From positions 1-56,560 of IMG/VR virus record IMGVR_UViG_3300035126_000207: a DNA stretch of 56,560 bases, one strand, 5' to 3'. Made by a program: the position numbers and the translations under genes. The notes beneath the pieces were generated by a model. It did no database searches, was not told where the DNA came from, and worked only from the letters and a program-made list of their open reading frames with translations. This stretch comes from a virus. Lineage: Duplodnaviria; Caudoviricetes. Of the stretch, positions 7,243 through 16,248 are shown one piece after another. The first letter of the stretch is position 1. Every line of letters starts with the position of its first letter.

Positions 7243-8441
7243 TGCCTATCTACACAGATGTGTTCGGCGGCGCGAACATTTACCCCAGCGAGATCAGCTA
7301 CAGCTCCGTTGCCCTGACGACGGACATCACGCTCAGCTGGCCCGAGGAGACGTCAACCAACGTCAACCTTGCCACCCGCATCATGGACGTTACCCCGTCC
7401 ACCACCGGGCTGAGCATCATCCTGCCCGACGCCAGCAAGACCGGCACCGGCAATACCATCCTGTTTAACAACCGTGGCGCTAACACCTTCACGGTGCGGG
7501 ACGCGACGGGCGTGCAGGTCGTCACGGTAGCGGCTGGCACGCTGTGGCAAATCTACCTGACCAACAACTCAACGGCGGCTGGTGTCTGGCGTTCTCTGCA
7601 GTATGGCGCCACCACCTCGGTGGCCAATGCCTCGGCTCTCGCTGGCACGGGCATCGTCGCTGTTGGCGCTCTCTTGAGCCAGTCGGTCCCGGTCACCTCG
7701 TTCAACTCCAACTACACCACCACGCTGGCTGACCGCGCCAAGATGTTCAACTGGACGGGCGCGGGCGGCACGCTGACGCTGCCAGACCCGGTCACGGTCG
7801 GCAACAACTGGTTTGTCTACCTGCGCAACTCGGGCAGCGGGGCTATCTCTGCCGACGCTCCCGGCGTTTCGCTAATCAACGGAGCCTCGTTCCTGAGCTT
7901 CCAGCCGGGCGAGTCTGCCATCATCGCCTGCGACGGCGCCAACTTCTATACCATCGGCTTCGGCCAATCGGCGACGTTTGCCTTTGACTACACCGTGATT
8001 GATGTCGCCGGGACGGGCAACTACACGCTGGTCGGCACCGAACTCAACCGCGTGGCATATCGCTTCACGGGCCTGCTGACGGGCAACCGCAACATCATCG
8101 TGCCCGCCACGGTGCAGCAGTATTGGGTCGATAACCGGACCACCGGCTCTTACACGCTGACCGTCAAGACGCCCGCTGGCCTCGGTGTGAGCGTCGCTCA
8201 GAACCAGCGTGCGATCCTTTATTCTGACGGCACCGACGTGCTGGACGCTGACACGGCAGGCGTCTCAATCCCTCTCGACGTCTCTCAGGGCGGCACAGGC
8301 GCGACCACCGCAGGCGCGGCGATTATCAACCTCGGCGGCACGTCGGTCGGCATCGGCGTGTTCACTGCCGTGGATCAGGCTGCAGCTTGGGCCGCGCTCG
8401 GGCCCGCGCCTGTGGGCACCGTCAACGGCGGGAGCTTCTAA
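7242..8441 (+). CDS. Tail/virion structural protein
   Basis: T/G/A/V-rich beta-type sequence, TLTLP repeats, QGGTGATTA, ends NGGSF. Confidence 0.6.
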   Translation: MPIYTDVFGGANIYPSEISYSSVALTTDITLSWPEETSTNVNLATRIMDVTPSTTGLSIILPDASKTGTGNTILFNNRGANTFTVRDATGVQVVTVAAGTLWQIYLTNNSTAAGVWRSLQYGATTSVANASALAGTGIVAVGALLSQSVPVTSFNSNYTTTLADRAKMFNWTGAGGTLTLPDPVTVGNNWFVYLRNSGSGAISADAPGVSLINGASFLSFQPGESAIIACDGANFYTIGFGQSATFAFDYTVIDVAGTGNYTLVGTELNRVAYRFTGLLTGNRNIIVPATVQQYWVDNRTTGSYTLTVKTPAGLGVSVAQNQRAILYSDGTDVLDADTAGVSIPLDVSQGGTGATTAGAAIINLGGTSVGIGVFTAVDQAAAWAALGPAPVGTVNGGSF

Positions 8442-10285
8442 TGGTCGACACGACGATCGTCCTCAAGTCTAGCCCCGGCATCAAGCGGGATGGGACCAAG
8501 TTTGAGGGCGACTTCTACGTGGACGGCCAGTGGGTGCGCTGGCAGCGCGGTCTGCCGCGTAAAATGGGTGGCTACAAGGCCACGCAGAAATACCTGACCG
8601 AGATCAGCCGAGGCTTCAGCACCTTCTCGCAGATGAAGTATGTCTATTGTCACTCAGGCGGCAGAAGCAAACTTGAGCGCTTCACCCTCGACTCGACCGG
8701 CAACAGTTCAATCGTCACCGATCGGACGCCTGTTGCTGTAGCTGGCACCTGCACCGTCACCCTGACCGGCGGCGCGTCTGGCTCCGTTGATGGCATCAAG
8801 ATCAACGACGTTGAGATCATGTCTGGTGCCGTTGCGTTTACGACCAACCTTGCGACGACGGCGACGGCGGTGGCCTCAAACATCACGGCATTTGCCTCGA
8901 CCCCGAACTACACGGCGACGGCTGCGGGCGCTGTGATCACAATCACCGCCTCGGCCACTGGCTCTGCTTCCAACGGCGAGGTGGTCGTGACTGCCACGAC
9001 GATCACGACGAGCAAGACCAACATGGTCAACGGGTCGGATGCTATCGCGGTCAGCTCCGAAAACATGTGGATGTTCGACTATCAGTACGATTCGTCCACC
9101 AATCAGAACTACCTGATGGCCCACGTGGCGCCGAACCTAGACTGCATCTGCAACTCCTCGGGCGGCCAAATCTTCTTCGGCGAGGTTCTCGGCACCGGAG
9201 ACCTGCTCAGCGTGAACTTGCCGCCTGACGCCAACGCCACCGGCGGCATCGTCTCGCTGCACCCCTACATGTTCTACTACGGCACCGACGGCATCATTGG
9301 CTGGTCTGTTCCCGGCGAGCCGACCAACCTGACCGACTTTGGGAGCGGCGCTGGCTTGGCTCGCGTCTGGGGCCAAAAGATCATCAAGGGGCTGCCGCTG
9401 CGCGCTGGCTCCGGCACGGCCCCCGCAGGCATCTTCTGGGCCTTTGATGCGGTTATCCGCGCCACCTTCACGGGTGGCGCTACGGTGTTTCAGTTCGACG
9501 TGGTGGCGACCGACACCTCGATCCTCTCGCCGGGCTGCGTGGTAGACTATGACGGCGTCTACTTCTGGGCCGGGGTTGATCGGTTCCTGATGTTCAACGG
9601 CGTTGTGCGCGAAGTACCGAACTCCATGAACCTGAACTACTTCTTCGACGGCCTGAACCGTCGATACGCGACGAAGGTGTTCGGCTTTAAGGTGCCGCGT
9701 TACGGCGAAATCTGGTGGTGCTACCCGAAGGGCGACGCCACCGAATGCACCCACGCTGTGGTCTATAACGTCCGAGAGAACACGTGGTACGACACCGAGC
9801 TGCCGAACCTCGGACGCTCCGCTGGCCAGTTCAACAACTCGTTCGCCGCGCCGATCCTGACCGGCGTTCAGGGCGACGCTGGCGACTACCGCGTCTGGGT
9901 GCATGAGCAGGGTGTTGACGAGCTTGACGGCCCGAACATCAACCCGATCCGCTCCTTCTTTGAGACGGCTGACTTGTCGTCACTGCCGCAGGGCAGAAAC
10001 GAATATCTGCGCATCACGCGGATTGAACCGGACTTTGTGCAGAATGGCCCGATGACCGTGCAGGTTACGGGTCGAGCCAACGCCCGCGCGCCTGAAGTCG
10101 TCAGCAGCATCTTCACGTTTGTGGACCCCAAAGACGTGGTCGAGCCGCAGCAGCAGATCGTCATGCTCAAGGAGCAGCGCCGCGAACTCCGCGTGCGCTT
10201 TGAGAGCAATGCCGTGTACGGGGACTACCAGATGGGACAGATCATCGGGCACGTCTCGCCCGGAGACGGGACGGTGCTGGGATGA
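8441..10285 (+). CDS. Tail nozzle/stabilisation protein (P22 gp10 / tubular protein B-like)
   Basis: SPGIKRDGT..DGQWVRWQRGLPRKMGGY start, YGEIWWCYP, VVYN..ENTWY; position before the ejection genes. Confidence 0.6.
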   Translation: MVDTTIVLKSSPGIKRDGTKFEGDFYVDGQWVRWQRGLPRKMGGYKATQKYLTEISRGFSTFSQMKYVYCHSGGRSKLERFTLDSTGNSSIVTDRTPVAVAGTCTVTLTGGASGSVDGIKINDVEIMSGAVAFTTNLATTATAVASNITAFASTPNYTATAAGAVITITASATGSASNGEVVVTATTITTSKTNMVNGSDAIAVSSENMWMFDYQYDSSTNQNYLMAHVAPNLDCICNSSGGQIFFGEVLGTGDLLSVNLPPDANATGGIVSLHPYMFYYGTDGIIGWSVPGEPTNLTDFGSGAGLARVWGQKIIKGLPLRAGSGTAPAGIFWAFDAVIRATFTGGATVFQFDVVATDTSILSPGCVVDYDGVYFWAGVDRFLMFNGVVREVPNSMNLNYFFDGLNRRYATKVFGFKVPRYGEIWWCYPKGDATECTHAVVYNVRENTWYDTELPNLGRSAGQFNNSFAAPILTGVQGDAGDYRVWVHEQGVDELDGPNINPIRSFFETADLSSLPQGRNEYLRITRIEPDFVQNGPMTVQVTGRANARAPEVVSSIFTFVDPKDVVEPQQQIVMLKEQRRELRVRFESNAVYGDYQMGQIIGHVSPGDGTVLG

Positions 10286-10515
10286 GCATTCAAGTCACTC
10301 TTCCTACGGGCATGGGGTTGCGCGACTGGGCGGACCAGATCGCTCTCGACCTTGATCCGTACGGTGCATTCGGTCGCCTTGACGACGAGACACAATGGCA
10401 GAACTGGGCTATGCAGTTCCTGAACAACATGAGCCTGAAAGAGAACTTTCCGGTTCCCTATAACTTTACCGACTGGCGTGAATGGGCAGAGCGTTTTGTC
10501 CAGACAATAGCGTAA
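10282..10515 (+). CDS. Hypothetical Trp-rich virion-associated protein
   Basis: ATGA coupling to the upstream gene; phage-like codon usage. Confidence 0.65.
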   Translation: MSIQVTLPTGMGLRDWADQIALDLDPYGAFGRLDDETQWQNWAMQFLNNMSLKENFPVPYNFTDWREWAERFVQTIA

Positions 10516-10528
10516 CGGAGCAAGACAG

Positions 10529-12406
10529 ATGGAAATGCAGCAACTGATTCAACAAGCGGCTCAAGACCCGCGCTTTCAGCAGGCTCTGCAGGTTGCTCAG
10601 GCCGAGTTGTCGGACGCATCTCCTGAGCAAATTGAAGAGCTGATTGAGCTCTTTGAGCTTATGCTTCAGAAGCCAGAGGAATATCAGGCTATCCTTCAGG
10701 CGGCGATTCAGGACGACATGGTCGAGCCGGAAGACATGCCGCAGGAGTTTGACGCCACGGTGATCGCCTCGGCTCTGGTCGTGCTCTACAAGCTGCGTGA
10801 GGGCGGCGGTCAGGTGCAGATGTTCGCTCGCGGCGGTCTTGCTGGCATGCGGACGCTGGCGCGTCAGGGTCGCATGGGCGACACCATGATGGCCCACATC
10901 TCGCCCGAAGAGGCGGCGATGCTGAAGGCGCGCGGCGGCGCTGGCACCATCAACCCGCAGACCGGATACCCGCAGTATTTCTCGCTGAAGAAGTTGTTCA
11001 AGGCGATCCTGCCGATCGCTCTCAACTTCATCGCTCCGGGTCTGGGTTCGGCTATCGGTAGCGCTGTCGGCCTGAGCGGAGCAGCAGCCACCGCATTCGG
11101 CGGGGCGATCATCGGCGGGGCATCCTCTGCGCTGACCGGCGGCAATGTGCTGCAGGGCGCTCTCATGGGAGGCTTGGGCGGCGGCTTGGGCAACGTCGTT
11201 GGCGGCGCTGCCAACAAGATGCTCGGGCTGAATTTGGGCCAAGGCGCTCAGTCTATTCTGGGCAGCGGCCTTGTAGGCGGCGTGGCTGGCGCGGCCACTG
11301 GGCAGGGCTTCCTCAAGGGCGTTGGCCAAGGTGTGCTGGGCGGGGCGGTTGGCCAGCTGGCTGGCGGCATGTCTGGCCCCACGGCATTTCAGCAGGGTCT
11401 CGGCGCTGCAGGCAAAACCTTCGGCCAAGCCCTTACGGCTGGCTACGACCCCAAGAGCGCGCTGGTGGCTGGCGGCCTGAGCGGATTGGCCACGGGGATT
11501 TCGTACAAGCCGTCTGACGCTGCGGTTAGTGGGTTGAGAACGGGGCAAGGTTCCGGCTCTGAAGGCCAAACCATTAAGCTTCCTGACGGAACAACCACGA
11601 CCAATGTCCCCGGAACGCAAGGTGTTAACGCTGCTGGGCAGACGGGAACTTGGGTGACCAACCCAAATAGTGGTGCCGTCGAGTTTCGAGTCAACCCCGG
11701 CTCGTTCCAGTTCAACTCACAGACCAACGCAGTTGAGTGGGCGCCAAACACGTTTCTCCAAAACATCTTTGGCGGTGGTGGAGGAGGCGGAGGCGGCAGC
11801 GGTTCGTTCGGAACTCTCGGCAAACTCGCTCTGGCAGGCTCTGCAGTGTCCGGCCTGCTGTCAGCCCCGCCAGAGGTAAAGCAGGCGGCCTCTTCGCTGT
11901 CTCCTGAGCAGCAAGAGTACTTCAACCGCCCGAGTATCACTTGGGATTGGAACAAGATGCAGAGCGATGCCAACGCAGCAGGTATGAGCCTGAGCCAATT
12001 TATGGCGCGCAACTGGAACAACATCACCAGTGGCCAATACAACGCGGCCCCAGCAGCCCCGGCTCAGAACCCGGCAGCGATGCCTGCCAACGCGATGCCC
12101 GCCATGGCCCACGGCGGTCGCCACATGATGGCCAACGGCGGCTCGCCTCTGAGCGCTGTCGCCCGGTTCGCTCGTGGCGCTGGCACGGGTCGCTCGGATG
12201 AAATCGACGCCAAACTCTCTGACGGAGAGTATGTTATTGATGCCGAAACTGTGGCAATGTTGGGTGACGGCTCAAGCAAGGCGGGCGCTCAGCGATTGGA
12301 TCAGATGCGCGAAAAAATCCGCTCTCACAAGGGTAAGGCGCTGGCCAAGGGCAAGTTCAGCCCCGACGCCAAGTCCCCGCTGGCTTACATTAAAGGAGTT
12401 GCATGA
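10529..12406 (+). CDS. Putative DNA ejection/pilot protein (Gly-Ala rich)
   Basis: GRMGDTMMAHISPEEA..LKARGGAGTINPQTG, long glycine-zipper region, C-terminal GTGRSDEIDAKLSDGEYVIDAETV. Confidence 0.65.
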   Translation: MEMQQLIQQAAQDPRFQQALQVAQAELSDASPEQIEELIELFELMLQKPEEYQAILQAAIQDDMVEPEDMPQEFDATVIASALVVLYKLREGGGQVQMFARGGLAGMRTLARQGRMGDTMMAHISPEEAAMLKARGGAGTINPQTGYPQYFSLKKLFKAILPIALNFIAPGLGSAIGSAVGLSGAAATAFGGAIIGGASSALTGGNVLQGALMGGLGGGLGNVVGGAANKMLGLNLGQGAQSILGSGLVGGVAGAATGQGFLKGVGQGVLGGAVGQLAGGMSGPTAFQQGLGAAGKTFGQALTAGYDPKSALVAGGLSGLATGISYKPSDAAVSGLRTGQGSGSEGQTIKLPDGTTTTNVPGTQGVNAAGQTGTWVTNPNSGAVEFRVNPGSFQFNSQTNAVEWAPNTFLQNIFGGGGGGGGGSGSFGTLGKLALAGSAVSGLLSAPPEVKQAASSLSPEQQEYFNRPSITWDWNKMQSDANAAGMSLSQFMARNWNNITSGQYNAAPAAPAQNPAAMPANAMPAMAHGGRHMMANGGSPLSAVARFARGAGTGRSDEIDAKLSDGEYVIDAETVAMLGDGSSKAGAQRLDQMREKIRSHKGKALAKGKFSPDAKSPLAYIKGVA

Positions 12407-13848
12407 TGGGTGGGATATTTGAAGGCAGCCCGCAGACGGCAACATCCTACGCCACTTCGTCCACCGAGACGCCAAAGTGGATGCAGGACGCCATCTACAA
12501 CCAAATCCAGTGGGCGCAGAACATCGCCAACAGGCCGTATGAAGAATACGCATTTGATACCGTCGCAGACCTTTCTCCGCTGCAGCAGCAGGCCTACGCC
12601 AATGTCGTGGCCAACCAAGGCTCTTGGGCTCCGGGTATGCAAAAAGCGCAGCTCGGCATGGAGGGCTTCAGCAACAAAGGCACCGCTGACCAGCTTCGTG
12701 CCGAGCAAGCGAAATACCTTCGCCAAGATTTGGTTGGGAAAGGCCTTGATACCGGACAAGAATTGTTCGGCAGGGCTGCGGGTATGGACATTGTCGGTGC
12801 AGCGCAGCCTTACCTGCAGCGTGCGGGACAGATGGACATCGTCGGCGCAGCGCAGCCATATATGAACCAAGCTGGTCAGGCCACGGCGCAATCTCTGTCT
12901 GAGCGTGCCATGCAGGCCGCCAACCCTTACCTGCAGGCCTCTGCGCAGACTGCCGCGTCTCAAGTTGGTCAGTACATGAACCCGTACCAAACGGGCGTGA
13001 TGGATGTCATCGCCAAGCAGGGCGCGCGAAACCTGACCGAAAACATTATGCCGGGTGTTTCAGACGCCTTCATCAAGGCTGGGCAGTTTGGCTCCAGCCG
13101 CATGGGTGAAATGGGTTCGCGCGCAATCCGTGACACACAAGAGGCGATCCTCTCTCAACAAGCTCAGGCGGCGCAGCAGGGATACGGTCAGGCTCTTGGC
13201 GCTGCTCAGACAGACCTCGCTCGGCAGGCTCAGCTTGCTGGCACGGTCGGCAGCATCAGCGGTGCCGACCTGTCGCGCATTATGCAGGGCGGCTCCCAAT
13301 ATGGGAACTTGGCACAGACTGCGGGCCAACTCACCGGCCAGCAGATGCAGAACCTTGCGAACCTTGGGCAGACTACTGGTCAGCTCACTGGGCAGCAGAT
13401 GCAGAACCTTGCCAATCTTGGACAGATGCAGACGCAGGCTGGTCAGGCTCAGCAGCAGTTCGGGCTCAGTGCCGCGCAAAGCGCGCAGGCCGCCCAAGCG
13501 CAGGATTATCAGCGGCAGATGAGCGCGTTGTCTCAGATGGCTGGCATGGCTCAGCAGGAGCAGGGCATGCGTGCGGCAGATGTCGCGTCTTTGGAAACTG
13601 CCGGTGCGGCCCAGCAGGCGCAGCTTCAGCGAGACTTGGACGCAGCACGTGCTCAGGACATGGAAGAGAAGCTCTATCCGCAGCAGCAGATGGACTGGCT
13701 CAGCACGCAAATTCGTGGATTGGCGCCGATCACGCCGCAGACACAAATTCAGTCTTCTTCGACCACTGGTGCGACTTATAATCCCTCGCCGCTGTCACAG
13801 CTGGCAACGGGCTTGTATACGTATCAGGGTCTGCAGAACATGGGTTAA
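12403..13848 (+). CDS. Putative DNA ejection protein (Gln/Ala-rich)
   Basis: QYMNPY, AGQFGSSR, Q/A/G-rich helices; internal repeats MDIVGAAQPY x2 and GQLTGQQMQNLANL x2. Confidence 0.65.
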   Translation: MMGGIFEGSPQTATSYATSSTETPKWMQDAIYNQIQWAQNIANRPYEEYAFDTVADLSPLQQQAYANVVANQGSWAPGMQKAQLGMEGFSNKGTADQLRAEQAKYLRQDLVGKGLDTGQELFGRAAGMDIVGAAQPYLQRAGQMDIVGAAQPYMNQAGQATAQSLSERAMQAANPYLQASAQTAASQVGQYMNPYQTGVMDVIAKQGARNLTENIMPGVSDAFIKAGQFGSSRMGEMGSRAIRDTQEAILSQQAQAAQQGYGQALGAAQTDLARQAQLAGTVGSISGADLSRIMQGGSQYGNLAQTAGQLTGQQMQNLANLGQTTGQLTGQQMQNLANLGQMQTQAGQAQQQFGLSAAQSAQAAQAQDYQRQMSALSQMAGMAQQEQGMRAADVASLETAGAAQQAQLQRDLDAARAQDMEEKLYPQQQMDWLSTQIRGLAPITPQTQIQSSSTTGATYNPSPLSQLATGLYTYQGLQNMG

Positions 13849-13857
13849 GGAGAGGTC

Positions 13858-16248
13858 ATGGGACATGAACTTCAAAAACTGAAGCAGCTATACGGGGTCT
13901 CAACCCCGTCCATGGCCAACTATTCCGGAACTGCGGCTCCGGGAGCGGCTCCGACTGCTGTGAAAGAACTGCTTAAACCTGCAGACCTGCGGGCTCAGCC
14001 GGTTGAGCCAATCAAGCCGACCAAGCCCAAAAATAACGCCCCGGCAGAGGAAAAAGCCGCCTATGAAGCTGCCATGGCACAATACAACACCAATAAGACC
14101 GCATATGATGCGGACTTGAAGGCGTGGAAAACCGAAAAGAGCACATACGATACGGCGATCAAAGACTATAACGCCGCCCTGCCGCAGTACGAAAAAGACC
14201 TCGCTAAGTACAACGCTGATAAGGCCGCTTTTGACGAGCAGGTCCGCAAGTACGGCTTGGATCGTGCCGCCTATGATAAGTACGCCGCCGACTATCAGAA
14301 CCGGATCGGCAACACGAACCTGTACAATCAGGCGCAGTTCAGCACGACCGGCGCCAACGTCCCGGCGTTCACCACGTATTCTGACGCGCAGAAGGCCGCG
14401 ATGGGAATGCCGCCTGTGCAGCAGGCGCCTGTTGCGCCGCAGCCGGAATCAGACGTCGGTGGATTTATCCACTACTGGACTAGAGATGAAAACGGCAACA
14501 TAACCGAACATGGCGGAAATCCTAACCCTGTGCCACAGCCCGGCCCGCAGGACTTCGCTGGCATCGGTCAAGGCGGCTTGAACCAGCAAATCCAGAACTA
14601 CATGGGCACGAACCCGTCCATGCCTGACCTGAATGCGTATATGACTCGCTACGGCATCAGCGACTACGACATCCGCAACGCCATGGGAACGGGGACGCAG
14701 TACGGGACACCGCAGTGGCAGGACACGATCAAGGCTCCGATCTATAGCGCTCCGACGGTCAGTTCGCCGCTTGGCGTAGTGGCGGACACGCTGAACGGGA
14801 CCAACACGGGGACGACCACCGGGACGACCACCGGGACCAACACGGGCACGACGGCCACCGTCTATGACCCCAATCAAACGTATTGGGACGACCCGAATTG
14901 GTATGGTTCGGCTGCATGGCAAGAGTGGAAGTCAAACAACCGAGCCCGTGGTGGCTACATCAAAAGCTACGCCCAAGGCGGCTCAGTCAAAGGCTACCGC
15001 CCCGGCGGCCCGGTTGACATGCTCTACGGCGGCGCTGGCAATGACGCGCTGATGGGTCGCCCTGCAGGTGACAGGCTGACCACGCCTGCGCCAGCTCCCG
15101 TTGACCCCATGGCCGAAATGCGAGCGATGCTTGATCTCTACGCAGCCCCTACCGTCACCAGCGAACAGATTGCTGCTGCCGCCGAGCGTCGCGTCGCAGA
15201 GCAGAAAGCGTTCGAAGACATCCTGCGCTCGCAACTGCAGGACACCGACGGCGTTCCGATGTCCAAGGCCGAGAAGTATTTCCGCCTTGCGGCAGCGTTC
15301 GGCGCGCCCACGAAGACCGGACACTTTGCCGAGAACCTTTCCCTCGTGGGCAAAGAGATGGCCGACCAGTTGGCGGCAAGAGCCGAACTTGAGCGCGAGG
15401 CTCGTGAGAAGAGACTAGGCGTTGATCTGGAGATCCAGAAGATGCGCATGGAGGCGGCTGGCGAGGATTACGACTTGCTGCAAGGCTTGCAGGCCGATGA
15501 AGCCAAGTACCGTCGGGATGTGGCCAAAGAACTGCTCAAAGAGCAGATGGAGGCTGGGAAAAATAAGTTCCGCCGAGCAACGGCAGAAGAAGCGGCGGCG
15601 TATAACGCGGCAGCTGGGCAGTTTGGCCCGGACGGTCGCTTCTATGCAATTGACGTCCCGCAGGGCATGACGATTGAGAGTGACGGCGCTGGTGGTGTCC
15701 GCATTGTGCAGGGGCCAACCGGCACCGGAGGGTCCGGTAAACCGCCGACCGAGGGCCAACTTGCGGGCGCTGGATATCTGCAGCGAATGACGGCAGCTGA
15801 AGAAATTCTGCGTGATACGGAGCGTCGCGAAGGTGTAGTCTCTATCCCGGTTGAGAAGACCATTTTGATGGATACGGGGATTGAAGGTTACGTTCTAAAC
15901 TCCACCGAACAGCAGCTCGCTCAAGCGCAGCGCGACTGGGTTCGGGCAAAACTTCGCGAGGAATCTGGTGCCGTCATTGGCGCAGAAGAAATGGCCGCTG
16001 AAATTAAAACCTACTTCCCACAGCCGGGGGAAGGGCCTGAAGTCATCGCCCAAAAGGCTGAGGCGCGTCGCCGGGCAGAACGCCAGATGCAGATTGGTTC
16101 GGGAACCGCAGCAGAGCAGGCTGGTGACATTTCACAGCCATATGCAGCGCCGATCCGCGCTGATGAGCTGGCGCGCGCAGGGATTGGTGGTGGCCCGGCA
16201 TCTCAACCCGTCGTGATTGATGGCGTTACCATTCGAAAGGTGAACTGA
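13858..16248 (+). CDS. Putative internal virion/ejection protein
   Basis: 796 aa, helical; C-terminal KLREESGAVIGAEE..TYFPQPGE. Confidence 0.6.
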   Translation: MGHELQKLKQLYGVSTPSMANYSGTAAPGAAPTAVKELLKPADLRAQPVEPIKPTKPKNNAPAEEKAAYEAAMAQYNTNKTAYDADLKAWKTEKSTYDTAIKDYNAALPQYEKDLAKYNADKAAFDEQVRKYGLDRAAYDKYAADYQNRIGNTNLYNQAQFSTTGANVPAFTTYSDAQKAAMGMPPVQQAPVAPQPESDVGGFIHYWTRDENGNITEHGGNPNPVPQPGPQDFAGIGQGGLNQQIQNYMGTNPSMPDLNAYMTRYGISDYDIRNAMGTGTQYGTPQWQDTIKAPIYSAPTVSSPLGVVADTLNGTNTGTTTGTTTGTNTGTTATVYDPNQTYWDDPNWYGSAAWQEWKSNNRARGGYIKSYAQGGSVKGYRPGGPVDMLYGGAGNDALMGRPAGDRLTTPAPAPVDPMAEMRAMLDLYAAPTVTSEQIAAAAERRVAEQKAFEDILRSQLQDTDGVPMSKAEKYFRLAAAFGAPTKTGHFAENLSLVGKEMADQLAARAELEREAREKRLGVDLEIQKMRMEAAGEDYDLLQGLQADEAKYRRDVAKELLKEQMEAGKNKFRRATAEEAAAYNAAAGQFGPDGRFYAIDVPQGMTIESDGAGGVRIVQGPTGTGGSGKPPTEGQLAGAGYLQRMTAAEEILRDTERREGVVSIPVEKTILMDTGIEGYVLNSTEQQLAQAQRDWVRAKLREESGAVIGAEEMAAEIKTYFPQPGEGPEVIAQKAEARRRAERQMQIGSGTAAEQAGDISQPYAAPIRADELARAGIGGGPASQPVVIDGVTIRKVN
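14797..14856 (+). repeat. Five 12-bp tandem units encoding GTNT/GTTT
   Basis: gggaccaacacg gggacgaccacc gggacgaccacc gggaccaacacg ggcacgacggcc. Confidence 0.85.
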
